A DNA stretch of 64,000 bases, taken from assembly GCF_031280615.1 (NCBI RefSeq), contig NZ_JAITGO010000001.1; one strand, 5' to 3'. This stretch comes from Desulfobulbus sp. (lineage in GTDB: Bacteria; Desulfobacterota; Desulfobulbia; Desulfobulbales; Desulfobulbaceae). A program made the translations under genes and the position numbers. Of this stretch, positions 49,787 to 59,417 are shown piece by piece (within the stretch, counting starts at the first letter, position 1; every line of letters begins with the position of its first letter). The notes under the pieces were generated by a model. That model ran no database searches and was not told where the DNA came from. It saw only the letters and a list, made by a program, of their open reading frames with translations.

Positions 49787-51010
49787 TCAGACAAAATTGT
49801 CTTCGAACTTATCCGCCCAGTTCAGGGCCCGGAAATAGGCGTCGATCATGGTCTCGGGCGAGATGCCGAGCTGTTGGAGATGGTTGGCGCATTCGTGGAA
49901 TTCGCCTCTTTCGTAGGTGGAGATCGCCAGGAGATAGGGCGCCAGCGGCCCGGTCCGCGTGTTGAGGGCGTTTTTCAACTCGTCAGTGAGCGGCAGCTTG
50001 GCGGTGAGTTCGGCCATGGGCATGTCGAGCATGGCATCGAGCAGGGAGAAAAGCCCGAGGAGGAAAAGCTGGGATTCGTCGATCTGTTCCTTGCGGAGTG
50101 CGCCTAAAAGCTGGCAGAGCCGCGCCCTGACCATCGACAGCCGCATCAGTTCCGAAGGCTTGCCGGCCGAGATTTCCGAGGTGGCGGCCAGGGAAACAAA
50201 CTGGCGGACCCCGCTTTCTCCCAAATAGGCCAAGGCGTAGCGGACTGAGGTGACCTTGCTGACCAGCGAATAATAGGCGGAATTGAGGTATCGGAAGAGC
50301 TTGTAGGAAAGCGAGACGTCCGGTGCGACCAACCGCTCGATCTTGCGCAGATCGACCTCCGGCAGGCAGACCTCGGCCAGCAGATTGAGCAGGACGATCT
50401 TCGAGGTGTCGATGGTCTTGTTCTTGAGCACCTCCGGCTTGTCGAGGAAATATCCCTGGAAATAATCGAAGCCGAGCGAGAGCGCGAGTTGGAATTCCTG
50501 GTAATTCTCGATTTTTTCTGCCAGCCAGGCAACGTCCGGATAGCATTTCATCCGGGCCATGTCCTCTGCCAGGCGTTCCCGGTCGACCGCCTGCAGGTCG
50601 ACCTTGACGATATTGACCAGGGGAACGAGCTGTTCGGACTGGGCGTTGAAGTCGAAATCGTCCAAGGCCAGGGTATATCCCTGTTCCTTCAACTCCGTGC
50701 AGGCCGCAAAGACCTTGGGCGAAGGGAGGATGGATTCGAGAATCTCGACGATGCAGCGTTTCTGGGGCAGCTGGAGCGGGGTTTTTTTTAGGAGGTGGTT
50801 TTCGGTAAAGTTGATCAGGGCCCGGTGGGGGCCGGTGATCGTGTCAAGACCGATATTGAACAGGACATGGGCCAGAACGGTATGGGTGGCCTCGTCGCTG
50901 TCGACCTCTTCGGGGAAGATGTTGACCATGCTCGATCGAAAGAGCACCTCGTAGGCGAACAGGCGCTTCTGGCGGTCGAAAACAGGCTGTCGTGCAATAT
51001 AAACATACAT
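49787..51010 (-). CDS. EAL plus HDOD domain protein (c-di-GMP phosphodiesterase-like)
   Basis: ARQPVFD...YEVLFR, EILE, ALDDFD, KVD, AEKIE, FQGYF; then HDOD-like SVRYALAYLGESGVRQF. Confidence 0.85.
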   Translation of the reverse strand: MYVYIARQPVFDRQKRLFAYEVLFRSSMVNIFPEEVDSDEATHTVLAHVLFNIGLDTITGPHRALINFTENHLLKKTPLQLPQKRCIVEILESILPSPKVFAACTELKEQGYTLALDDFDFNAQSEQLVPLVNIVKVDLQAVDRERLAEDMARMKCYPDVAWLAEKIENYQEFQLALSLGFDYFQGYFLDKPEVLKNKTIDTSKIVLLNLLAEVCLPEVDLRKIERLVAPDVSLSYKLFRYLNSAYYSLVSKVTSVRYALAYLGESGVRQFVSLAATSEISAGKPSELMRLSMVRARLCQLLGALRKEQIDESQLFLLGLFSLLDAMLDMPMAELTAKLPLTDELKNALNTRTGPLAPYLLAISTYERGEFHECANHLQQLGISPETMIDAYFRALNWADKFEDNFV

Positions 51011-51246
51011 CGTCTGTTCATGCCCTGGGGGTGAAAAGGCAGCCGAAGAACGGTGCTGCGCATCGGCTCAAAACTCCATTTTTCCAAGCCGATGTTTTTA
51101 ACGATATCGTAATGTTATCAAAGGAGAAAGCATTTTTCTCCAAAACGGGAAAATTCTTCGTCCGCCGTGGAAAGAGGCGACTTGCCGACCTGCTCTCGAG
51201 ACGGATGCAGGCCAGTGGAGGAAGCATTCGGGCCGTTTTTGCGCCG

Positions 51247-51990
51247 TTATTTGAAAAAGGCTAGCAGCGCGTGCAAGGTAGTCAGGGGATGGGGAGGACA
51301 ACCGGGGATATAGAGATCCACGGGGATGAGCGTGTTCAGGTCGCCGATGATCTCGTCCGATCCGTAAAAAGGGCCGCCCGAAATGGCGCAGCAGCCGCTG
51401 GCGATGACCACCTTGGGGGCAGGCACGGCGGCATAGGTATCGAGCAGAGCGGTGCGCATGTTACGGGTGATCGGCCCGGTGACATGGATGCCGTCGGCAT
51501 GCCGGGGCGAGGCGACGAAATCGATGCCGAAGCGGGAAAGATCGAAAAACGGGGTGTTCAGCACATTGGTGTCGGCCTCGCAGGCGTTGCAGCCGCCGGC
51601 CGAGACCTGGCGGAGCTGGAGCGAGCGGCCAAACAGCTTCTTGAAATGGGCCTTGGCCTGGCTGGCCAGATCGGGTAGGGCGCCCTTGACGACCAGATCC
51701 TGACGGCGGGCGGCGCCCATTTCGAAGTTGTTGCTGAAACGGACAAAGGCCCCGTCGGCCACCTGGCCGCAGGCGCCGCAGAAGGTGCAGCGGCCCAAAT
51801 CGATGGTTTGCTCGTCGGCCGAGATCGCCTCCTGCGGGCAGAGGTCCGCGCATTGGCGGACAATGGCCGGGTCGCAGGCGGCATTGATCTCGGGCAGACC
51901 GCGAAACCGGGACGAAAGCCGCGCCGGTCGCTTGGGATACGGGCTGGTGCGGTAGCCCTGGTCCATCCTGGTGGCGATTACCTTTAACAT
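51247..51990 (-). CDS. NuoB/HycG-like small subunit with a fused N-terminal degenerate ferredoxin-like segment
   Basis: CADLCPQEAI and CTFCGACGQ in the N-terminal ~100 aa. Then the NuoB cluster motifs GGCNACE, ASGCCAISGG and IPGCPP. Confidence 0.85.
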   Translation of the reverse strand: MLKVIATRMDQGYRTSPYPKRPARLSSRFRGLPEINAACDPAIVRQCADLCPQEAISADEQTIDLGRCTFCGACGQVADGAFVRFSNNFEMGAARRQDLVVKGALPDLASQAKAHFKKLFGRSLQLRQVSAGGCNACEADTNVLNTPFFDLSRFGIDFVASPRHADGIHVTGPITRNMRTALLDTYAAVPAPKVVIASGCCAISGGPFYGSDEIIGDLNTLIPVDLYIPGCPPHPLTTLHALLAFFK

Positions 51991-52050
51991 GCCGCACCTC
52001 TGTCGATGTGGCCGGCCTCGGCCGGTTGCCGTTTGTCCATCTTGGTCCCC

Positions 52051-53562
52051 TTACAGGTCGAAGCCGCAGTAGCTGAGATTGAAACTCTTGTTGCAGAGCG
52101 GAAAATCGGAGATGGCTTGATTGCGCAGGGCCATGGCCAGTCCCGTCCAGTTGTGGAAGGAGGGATCCTTGACCTTGTACCGCAGGGGCGCTCCGTTGTG
52201 GTCGGTGAGCAGGCAGTGGGAAACCTCGCCCCGCCACCCCTCGTTGAGGGTGACCACGAAACTCGCCGGCGCAAGCTTGTGCTCGGCCGGGAGCACCGGC
52301 CGGTAGGCCTCCTCCGGCATGGCCAGCAGTCGTTCGACCAGGTCGAGCGAATGCATGATCTCATCGCGCCGGACCATGGCCCGGCTGTAGACGTCGCCGT
52401 TGGTCGCCCAGTTGGTGTTGGCCGGCAATTCCCCATACCGCTCGGTGGGGAAGAATTCGCGCACGTCGTATTCCAGCCCGGAGGCCCGGCCGCAGGGGCC
52501 CACCAGGCCCAACCGGTCGGCCGTGCTTCGCTTGACCGTGCCGGTGTATTCGAAACGGGCCAGAACGGTGTGGGCCGAGAAGAGCAAATCGCAGACCTGG
52601 GCGAGTTCTTTCCGCAGTTCGTCGATCTTCGAGCGGATGGCCCGGCGCTGCTCCGCCCCGGCCACCTGGGTGACGCCGCCCGGGCGCACCAGGCTCTTGC
52701 CGAAACGATTGCCGCTCAATTCCAGCAGCAGGTTGAGGAACTCGCCGCGGATGCGGCCGAAATAGGCTGCGGGCGGATTGAAGGCCACATCGCCGCTCAG
52801 GGCGCCGAGATCGCCGATGTGGTTGGCCAATCGCTCCAATTCCAGGGCCATGGTGCGCACCGTGCGGGCGCCCGGCTCCACCTCCAGCCCGGCCAATGCC
52901 TCGATCGCCTGGCAACAGCAGAGGTTGTGGCCGATGGCGGTGTCGCCGGCAATGGATTCGCAGAGCACGGGCCAGCGCCGTTGCGGCACCGAGGTCAGCA
53001 GCCGTTCCACTCCCCGGTGCTGGTAGCCCAGCTGGATCTCCAGGTGGAGCACTTCCTCGCCGGCGCATTGAAAACGGAAGTGGCCGGGTTCGATGATGCC
53101 GGCATGCACCGGCCCGACCCCCACCTCGTGGACGGCCTCGCCTTCGACTCGGTAATAGTCGTAGTTGCCGGGGATATCGACCCGGTAGTCGTTGCCGAAG
53201 ACATCGGGCAGGCCGGTCGCGTTGGCGTGGTAGCGCACCATTTTCAGCCAGGGATGCCCGTTGGGACGCAGGCCGTATTGCTCGGCGATTTCCCGCTCGA
53301 ACAGGTGAAACTTGGTGCCGCCCATCAGGGTCAGCGAGGGGAAGTCGCGCTCCACCTCCGTTTCCACCACATGGAGATCGCTGTTGCGGAGCACGGCCAA
53401 AAGCCGCATCCGCTCTCCTTCGGCATAGGCGAAGAACTGGACGATGTAGCCGTTGCAGTGGACAAAGTCGGTCAACATCCGCAGGAAGCGGGGAAAATCG
53501 ATCCGGGGAATCCGGCTGCGGGGCACCGCTTCGCCGTTCCCGATCCGGAGAGGGCTATCCAT
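52051..53562 (-). CDS. NuoC-NuoD fused, HycE/HyfG-like large subunit lacking the [NiFe] cysteine ligands
   Basis: GVGPVHAGIIEPGHFRF...LGYQHRGVE resembles HycE. Where HycE has RVCGICGFAH this protein has SIAGDTAIGH. Where HycE has SLDPCYSCTDR it has SFNLSYCGFDL. Confidence 0.85.
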   Translation of the reverse strand: MDSPLRIGNGEAVPRSRIPRIDFPRFLRMLTDFVHCNGYIVQFFAYAEGERMRLLAVLRNSDLHVVETEVERDFPSLTLMGGTKFHLFEREIAEQYGLRPNGHPWLKMVRYHANATGLPDVFGNDYRVDIPGNYDYYRVEGEAVHEVGVGPVHAGIIEPGHFRFQCAGEEVLHLEIQLGYQHRGVERLLTSVPQRRWPVLCESIAGDTAIGHNLCCCQAIEALAGLEVEPGARTVRTMALELERLANHIGDLGALSGDVAFNPPAAYFGRIRGEFLNLLLELSGNRFGKSLVRPGGVTQVAGAEQRRAIRSKIDELRKELAQVCDLLFSAHTVLARFEYTGTVKRSTADRLGLVGPCGRASGLEYDVREFFPTERYGELPANTNWATNGDVYSRAMVRRDEIMHSLDLVERLLAMPEEAYRPVLPAEHKLAPASFVVTLNEGWRGEVSHCLLTDHNGAPLRYKVKDPSFHNWTGLAMALRNQAISDFPLCNKSFNLSYCGFDL

Positions 53563-54988
53563 GGACGGTGCCTCCGATCATGGCAATGGTGTTGACGATG
53601 GTCCGGTACAGCGGCTCGGGCATCCAGACGCAGAGCAGCACCGAGGCGAGCAGCAGGGCCAGCGGCGGTATGGTCCGCGCCGGCTGCTCTTGCACCAACA
53701 CCTCGTTCCGGACCGGGCCGAAGGCCATGGCGGTGGCAATCCGGGCGAAGCCGGCCACCACCAGCAGCAGCGCGGCAACGAACAGGCCGGCGGCCACCGG
53801 GTGCCCGGTTTGGAGGGCCCCAATCAGGATCATCAGTTCGCTGACAAAGATGCCGAACGGCGGCAAACCGGAGATACCGATGAAGCCGGCGAAGAAACCG
53901 ATAAAGGTCCGGGGCAGCAGGCGGGCCATGCCGCCGCATTGGGCGGCCAGCTTGGTGCCGAAACCGAGCACCAGGTTGCCGGCCGAAAGAAAGAGCGAGG
54001 ACTTGAGCAGCGAGTGGTGGATCAGATGGAGCATGGCGCCGTACAGGCCCAGGCCGCCGACCCCGATGCCGACGGCGATCACCCCCATGTTCTCGATGCT
54101 CGAGTAGGCGAGCATCCGCTTGTAATCGGGCTGGTTGAGGATGAAGACCCCGGCCACCACGATGGACAACAGGCCGAAGCCGATGAGCAGGTTTCCGGAG
54201 AAATCGCCGAGTCCGGCCAGGACCAGCAGGCAGTGCACCTTGTAGATACCGAGGAAGGCGCAGTTGAGCAGCGCCCCCGAGAGCAGGGCCGAGGCCGGGC
54301 TGGGGGCCTCGCTGTGGGCATCCGGCAGCCAGGTGTGCATCGGCGCCAGGCCCATCTTGGTGCCGAAGCCGATGAGCACGAAGATGAAGCCGGTCCGCAG
54401 CCAGAGCGGATCCAGCTGGTGGGCGGCATCGTTTAGGGCCGAGAAGGTCAGCGGCACGTCGATGCCGGGCCGGTCCATGGACAGGGTGACGAAAAAGAAA
54501 CCGAGCAGGGCCAGGGCGATCCCCACCGAGCAGATCAGCACGTACTTCCACGTGGCTTCCAGGGCTTTTTTCGAGCGGTTGATGAAAATCAGCGGGGCAC
54601 TGGTCAAGGTGGTGGCCTCGATGGCGATCCACAGGACAACGGGATGGTCGGCCAGGGCGGCCATGCTCATGGTGCCGAGGAACAGCTGCATGCAGCCGAG
54701 GAAGATCGGCTCGCTGTGCATCTCCTGCTCCCGCATGTAGAAAATGCCGTAGGGCGCGATCCAGCAGAAGATGAACGAGGTCACCAGCAACACCAGGATC
54801 CCGGCCGGGCTGTTGCCGAAATAGTGGGGCAGGTACGGGGCCGGGACCAGCAGCCAGCAGAAGACGGTCAGCAGCAAATGGATCAGGGCTACCGCCACCA
54901 GCATGGCGCGGCCCAGCCTGACCGGCAGGAACAGGGTCAGCAATCCGGTGCACAACGGCAGGGAGAAAATGGCTTCCAGCATGGTCAA
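53555..54988 (-). CDS. NuoM/N / HyfF-like antiporter-type membrane subunit
   Basis: 477 aa, polytopic. WLPDAHSEAPSPASALLSG and MLAYSSIENMG are Mrp/NuoLMN-family motifs. 8-nt overlap with the large subunit gene. Confidence 0.85.
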   Translation of the reverse strand: MTMLEAIFSLPLCTGLLTLFLPVRLGRAMLVAVALIHLLLTVFCWLLVPAPYLPHYFGNSPAGILVLLVTSFIFCWIAPYGIFYMREQEMHSEPIFLGCMQLFLGTMSMAALADHPVVLWIAIEATTLTSAPLIFINRSKKALEATWKYVLICSVGIALALLGFFFVTLSMDRPGIDVPLTFSALNDAAHQLDPLWLRTGFIFVLIGFGTKMGLAPMHTWLPDAHSEAPSPASALLSGALLNCAFLGIYKVHCLLVLAGLGDFSGNLLIGFGLLSIVVAGVFILNQPDYKRMLAYSSIENMGVIAVGIGVGGLGLYGAMLHLIHHSLLKSSLFLSAGNLVLGFGTKLAAQCGGMARLLPRTFIGFFAGFIGISGLPPFGIFVSELMILIGALQTGHPVAAGLFVAALLLVVAGFARIATAMAFGPVRNEVLVQEQPARTIPPLALLLASVLLCVWMPEPLYRTIVNTIAMIGGTVHG

Positions 54989-55638
54989 TCCTTGAGTTCC
55001 TCGAGATAGGCGGTGTCGACGTCGTCAAAGGTGCGGTTGATGTTGTGCAGGATGATCCCCATGATCATCACCCCGACCAACAGATCGAGCAGGACGCCGA
55101 ACTCGACGAGATAGATGCTGTGCGACTGGCTGGTAAGCGCCGTTCCCACCAGGTAGATTCCGTTCTCCAGCATCAGGTAGCCGATGACCTGGGTGATGGC
55201 CTTGGTGCGGCTCATCATCAGAAACAGGCCGCCGCCCAGGGTGGTGATGGCCGTGACCAGAAGCAGGGTGGCTTTGCCGGTCGAAGGAATGGCCAGGTGG
55301 CGGGTGATGTAGGCCGACAGCAGGATCAGGCCGAGCCCGGCAACCAGCGAGGCGTGGTAGCCGACCAGCGGTTCGACTTCCCGCTTGATCGCCACCCTGG
55401 TCACCGCCGTGAACAGCAGGACCGGGATGAGGACCGCCTTGACCAGGAACATCAGCTGAAAAAAGAAAATGCCTTCGTGGCTGAGCGAACTGTGCTTGTC
55501 GAGCAGCAGGGGGGCAACGGACACCATCGCGCCCTGCAGGGCCATGATTTTGACCAGGGCCATCATCCGGCTGGACGCCAGCGACAACAAAACCGACAGC
55601 AGGGTGATGACCAGGACGACATCGATGCTGGTGACCAT
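54985..55638 (-). CDS. HyfE-like small membrane subunit
   Basis: 217 aa, ~7 TM, with GYLMLENGIYL as in HyfE/NuoK-like subunits. 4-nt overlap downstream and 1-nt overlap upstream. Confidence 0.7.
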   Translation of the reverse strand: MVTSIDVVLVITLLSVLLSLASSRMMALVKIMALQGAMVSVAPLLLDKHSSLSHEGIFFFQLMFLVKAVLIPVLLFTAVTRVAIKREVEPLVGYHASLVAGLGLILLSAYITRHLAIPSTGKATLLLVTAITTLGGGLFLMMSRTKAITQVIGYLMLENGIYLVGTALTSQSHSIYLVEFGVLLDLLVGVMIMGIILHNINRTFDDVDTAYLEELKD

Positions 55639-56552
55639 CAGGCAATCTCCAGGGTGAGGATAATGGCGAAAAAGACCAGAGCGAACGAGGTGAGAATGTA
55701 TTTGGGCACCATGTCCATCCTCAGGCGGGCGGTGACCGACTCGATGACGCCGATGGCCAGGTAGACCACGGCCATCATGCCGTAGAAAAACAGGATATTG
55801 GCCAACGGGCCGGCAAGGCCGGCGGGTTTGAGCAGATCGGCGATCAGGGCGGCGTACAGGAAGAGCTTGTAGAAGGCGCCCAGTTCGATCAGGGCCAGGT
55901 CCGGGCCGCTGTGATCGAGGATCATCACCTCGTGGATCATGGTCAGCTCCAGATGGGTGGCCGGATCGTCCACCGGTACCCGGGAGTTTTCGGCGAGCAG
56001 AAGCATGAACAGGGCGACCACCGCCAGAATCAGCAGGGCCCCTTGAGAGCCGGTGATCGAGATCGGCTGGCTGCCGGTAAAGTAGCCGCCCAGGCTGAGC
56101 GAGCCGTTGAGGCGGAAGAAGAGGATCAGCACTGCGAAGACCGCCGCTTCGGCCAGGGTGCCGAAGAAGGCCTCCCGGGCCGCACCCATGCCCTCGAAGG
56201 GCGAGCCGGTATCCAAGGCCGCGGCGATGGTGAAGAAGCGGCCGAGCCCCAGCAGGTAGAACAGGACGATGACGTCGCCGTGGAAAGAAACCACCGGCGC
56301 CATGCCGGCGAAGGGAAAGAACAGCAAAACCGCGATCGCGGCTGCGCAGCCGACCAGGGGCGCCAGGCGGAAGACGAAGGTGGTGCTGGTGCTGTAGACC
56401 GAGCCCTTGCGCAGCAGCTTGATCAGGGTCCAGTATTTGATCAAAAGCGGCGGTCCCTTCTTGCCGGCGAACAGCGCCTTTACCTTCAGGATGAGGCCGG
56501 GAAAGAGCGGGGCCAGCAGCAGGGCCAGGCCGAGGGAGAGAACGGATTCCAT
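55638..56552 (-). CDS. NuoH / HycD / HyfC-like membrane subunit
   Basis: Start MESVLSLGLALLLAPLF...KALFAGKKGPPLLIKYW...; TMIHEVMILDHSG. ATG at 56552, 17 nt after the upstream stop. Confidence 0.8.
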   Translation of the reverse strand: MESVLSLGLALLLAPLFPGLILKVKALFAGKKGPPLLIKYWTLIKLLRKGSVYSTSTTFVFRLAPLVGCAAAIAVLLFFPFAGMAPVVSFHGDVIVLFYLLGLGRFFTIAAALDTGSPFEGMGAAREAFFGTLAEAAVFAVLILFFRLNGSLSLGGYFTGSQPISITGSQGALLILAVVALFMLLLAENSRVPVDDPATHLELTMIHEVMILDHSGPDLALIELGAFYKLFLYAALIADLLKPAGLAGPLANILFFYGMMAVVYLAIGVIESVTARLRMDMVPKYILTSFALVFFAIILTLEIA

Positions 56553-56569
56553 AACGTACCTTCTCGGGG

Positions 56570-58525
56570 CTAGACCGTCAGCAGCAGGACGGCGATGGTC
56601 AGGACGATGTAGCCGATATACAGCTGGATGTGGCCGTGCTGAATCCAGCGCAGTTTGTCCGCGATCAGCAGGATGGGCGCGACCAGCAGGCGGCGGAGCC
56701 CGATTTCGGCCCAATCGTCCACCTTGCTGGCATAACGGACCGGCCGGGGAAAGATTTGGCTGATCGGGCCGCACGTGGTGTGGATTTTGACGAAGGGGCG
56801 ATGGAACTCCACCATTTCCCGGGCATAAGATGTGCCGGTGTACTGAATTCGGGCCGTCGGTCGGGTAAAGCCGCAGCCCCAGGTGGTGGCCTGGGCTATC
56901 GGCTTGGCGCGGTAGATGAAATGGCGGCAGAGGGCGAGCAACAGCAGCACCGCCAGGAAAATCCTGGTGGCCAGGGCCAGGTTGCCCGGCAGGGAGCCGA
57001 GCAGGGCCGGTTGGCTGGCCGCCGGCAGGGCCAGGTCGCTTAGGCCGTTGAGGGCCAGACGGATGAACGGCTCGGGCCAGAGGCCGATCGACAGGCAGGC
57101 CAGCACCAGGACGATCATGGCCGCGCGCATGGACAGTCCCGCCTCGGTGACCGTGGCGGGCAGAGGTCGGCGCGGCTCGCCGAGGAAGACAAGGCCCGCC
57201 ACCCTGGTGAAACAGGCCGAGGCCAGCCCGCCGATGAGCGCCAGGGCAATGATGGCGGCCATGGCGAGCAGCCCATCCGGCCCGTTAAGGCGCACGCCCT
57301 GGAAGGCGGCGAAATAGATGAGGAATTCGCTGACAAAGCCGTTTAGGGGCGGCAGGCCGGCAATGGCCACCGAACCGGTGAGAAAGGTTCGGGCGGTGAC
57401 GGGCATCCGCCGCATCAGCCCGCCCAGCTGGTCGAGGTGGCGGCAGCCGGTTTGCTGGATCACCGCCCCGGCCCCCATGAACAGCAGCGATTTGAACAGG
57501 GCGTGGTTGAACATGTGCAGCAGGCCGCCGGCAAAACCGAAGGCGGTCATCGTCTGGTTGCCCGAGGCGATGCCCACCATGCCCAGGCCGCAGCCGATGA
57601 GCACGATGCCGATGTTCTCGATGCTCGAGTAGGCCAGCAGCCGTTTGATGTCGTTCTTGCCGAGGGCATAGACCACTCCGAGCACACCGGAGACCATGCC
57701 CAGCCCGAGCACGGTCCGGCCCAGGATCGGCGCCGGGTCGTCGATGAGGAAATAAAAGCGGAGCAGCCCGTACACCCCCATCTTGATCATCACTCCCGAC
57801 ATCAGGGCCGAGACATGACTGGGCGCGGCCGGATGGGCATGGGGCAGCCAGATGTGCAGCGGCAGGATGCCGGCCTTGGAGCCGAAACCGGCCAGGGCCA
57901 GGAAAAAGGCGGCGAGCTTGATGGCGTGCGGGGCCTGCGACCATTGAGCAAAGGCAAAGGTGCCGGTGGCCTGGAAGAGCAGGCCGAAGGCAATGAAGAG
58001 CAGCAGGGCGCCGGTCTGGGTGAAGAGCAGGTAAAGGGTGGCCGCCTTCCGACTCTCTTCGTGCTCGTGGTCGTACAGCACCAAGAGGTAGGAAGAGAGC
58101 GACATCAGTTCCCAAGCCATGGCAAAGGCCGGCAGGTTGTCGGCCAGGGTGACCAGGACCATGGCCGCGGTCAGCAGGCTGAAGCAGAACAGGTGCGCGC
58201 CGGCCTGCCAGACGGGGGCCTTACGGTCGAGATAGTGGTAGCCGTAGAGTGCAATCACCGGGGCCAGAAGGAAGACCGGCACGAGAAAAACCGCGCTCAA
58301 GGAGTCGAGGGCAAGCGACAGGGGCAGGGTGTGCAGCCAGGTGCATGAAAAAACGGGGGCAATGCCCTGGCCCCAGGTCCGAATGAGCGCGGCCAGCCCG
58401 GCCAGGCAGCCGGCGGTCAGGAGGACGAGGTGCACGATTCTGGCGCAGGCGGGCCGGCGCAGCAGCGGCAAGGGCGCCAGGCCGCCGGCCAGAATGAGGC
58501 CCAGGGCTGTCAATAAAAGTTCCAT
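56570..58525 (-). CDS. NuoL / HycC / HyfB-like antiporter-type membrane subunit
   Basis: 651 aa; WELMSLSSYLLV, WLPHAHPAAPSHVSALMSG, LLAYSSIENIG. Confidence 0.85.
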   Translation of the reverse strand: MELLLTALGLILAGGLAPLPLLRRPACARIVHLVLLTAGCLAGLAALIRTWGQGIAPVFSCTWLHTLPLSLALDSLSAVFLVPVFLLAPVIALYGYHYLDRKAPVWQAGAHLFCFSLLTAAMVLVTLADNLPAFAMAWELMSLSSYLLVLYDHEHEESRKAATLYLLFTQTGALLLFIAFGLLFQATGTFAFAQWSQAPHAIKLAAFFLALAGFGSKAGILPLHIWLPHAHPAAPSHVSALMSGVMIKMGVYGLLRFYFLIDDPAPILGRTVLGLGMVSGVLGVVYALGKNDIKRLLAYSSIENIGIVLIGCGLGMVGIASGNQTMTAFGFAGGLLHMFNHALFKSLLFMGAGAVIQQTGCRHLDQLGGLMRRMPVTARTFLTGSVAIAGLPPLNGFVSEFLIYFAAFQGVRLNGPDGLLAMAAIIALALIGGLASACFTRVAGLVFLGEPRRPLPATVTEAGLSMRAAMIVLVLACLSIGLWPEPFIRLALNGLSDLALPAASQPALLGSLPGNLALATRIFLAVLLLLALCRHFIYRAKPIAQATTWGCGFTRPTARIQYTGTSYAREMVEFHRPFVKIHTTCGPISQIFPRPVRYASKVDDWAEIGLRRLLVAPILLIADKLRWIQHGHIQLYIGYIVLTIAVLLLTV

Positions 58526-58851
58526 GGCAAGGTACCGGTCATGCCGGCGAGGGGTCGAAGGAGGACCATATTCCGGTCGGGGTGCTTCGCCGGTCCGAGC
58601 GCACGGCAGGGCAGCGGGACGCGGCCGGTGTCGATGGGAGCAACCGGGAAATGGAAGGGAGTGGAGAAGGCGTGCACGGGACGATTGAGTGGCGGCAACA
58701 TATCCGAGACCGGCAAGTCGGGGACGGCCGGCCGGGGAGGGAATTTATTGAGGCGCGGAAAAAAGGGACATGAAATCCACCGGGAAACAACGGGGCTTGG
58801 TTCAAAAGCGGGGGAAGCCTCGTCACCGAAGCCCCGTGTCCTTACAGCAGG

Positions 58852-59082
58852 TCATCGTTCAAAGAAAAAGCCGTACCAGGGGCTGTCCGGGTTGTCGGCG
58901 GCCCCCATGTCGACGATCTGGCAGTCGTCGGTCTTCTTCTGCATGCTTCGTTGCCAGGCCAGGGCTTCGTCTTTGGAGGAGAACGGGCCGACAGCGGTCA
59001 GCGGGGCGGCGCGCAACCCCAGGTTCTCGTATAATTTATCCACCTTGTCCTGTTGCTGATGGATACCGATCATCATGGTCAT
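58852..59082 (-). CDS. hypothetical 76-aa protein downstream of a sigma-54 promoter
   Basis: GC3-rich codon usage like neighbouring genes; MTMMIGIHQQQDKVDKLYENLGL...SPWYGFFFER. I recognise no family. Confidence 0.45.
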   Translation of the reverse strand: MTMMIGIHQQQDKVDKLYENLGLRAAPLTAVGPFSSKDEALAWQRSMQKKTDDCQIVDMGAADNPDSPWYGFFFER

Positions 59083-59146
59083 GGAACACCTGTGTCTGTG
59101 GTCGTTGATGGCGTTTGGGGATTTTTGTCCTCAAACTAAATAGAGA

Positions 59147-59162
59147 TGCACGATTCGTGCCC
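59147..59162 (-). promoter_or_regulatory. candidate sigma-54 (-24/-12) promoter
   Basis: The minus strand reads GGGCACG-AATC-GTGCA, against the consensus TGGCACG-N4-TTGCW, with correct GG/GC spacing. It lies ~65 nt upstream of the ATG at 59082 and just downstream of a sigma-54 activator gene. Confidence 0.5.
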
Positions 59163-59417
59163 AAGTGCCGTTTGTGGTCGTAGGGTCGCCCGCAACAAAG
59201 TGTCGGACGCATAAAAAAACCATTTATTGGTAAGATGTGCGACGCGGTCGGCGGCGTGATTGACCAGGGGCAAAGCCTTCGCCGGCCGATGGCCCCAAAT
59301 CGGCGCCTGGCCGCAAGAAAGGCAGGCGGCAAGGAAGATGGCGAAACAGCGTCGGTCTTGCGGGTCAGCGGAAGTTGGCAGGTCTGAGCCGTGGCTGGGT
59401 ATTCCGTTCATTTTTCC

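Noticed and set aside
51123-51141. Hairpin GGAGAAA-N5-TTTCTCC ~105 nt downstream of the Ehr-like operon, considered as its terminator
   Set aside because: The stem is a short 7 bp and AT-rich, and only a TTTG follows on the minus strand. This is too weak to call confidently.
52006-53595. 529-aa plus-strand ORF
   Set aside because: It is antisense to the HycE/NuoCD-like large subunit gene, a GC-driven open frame.
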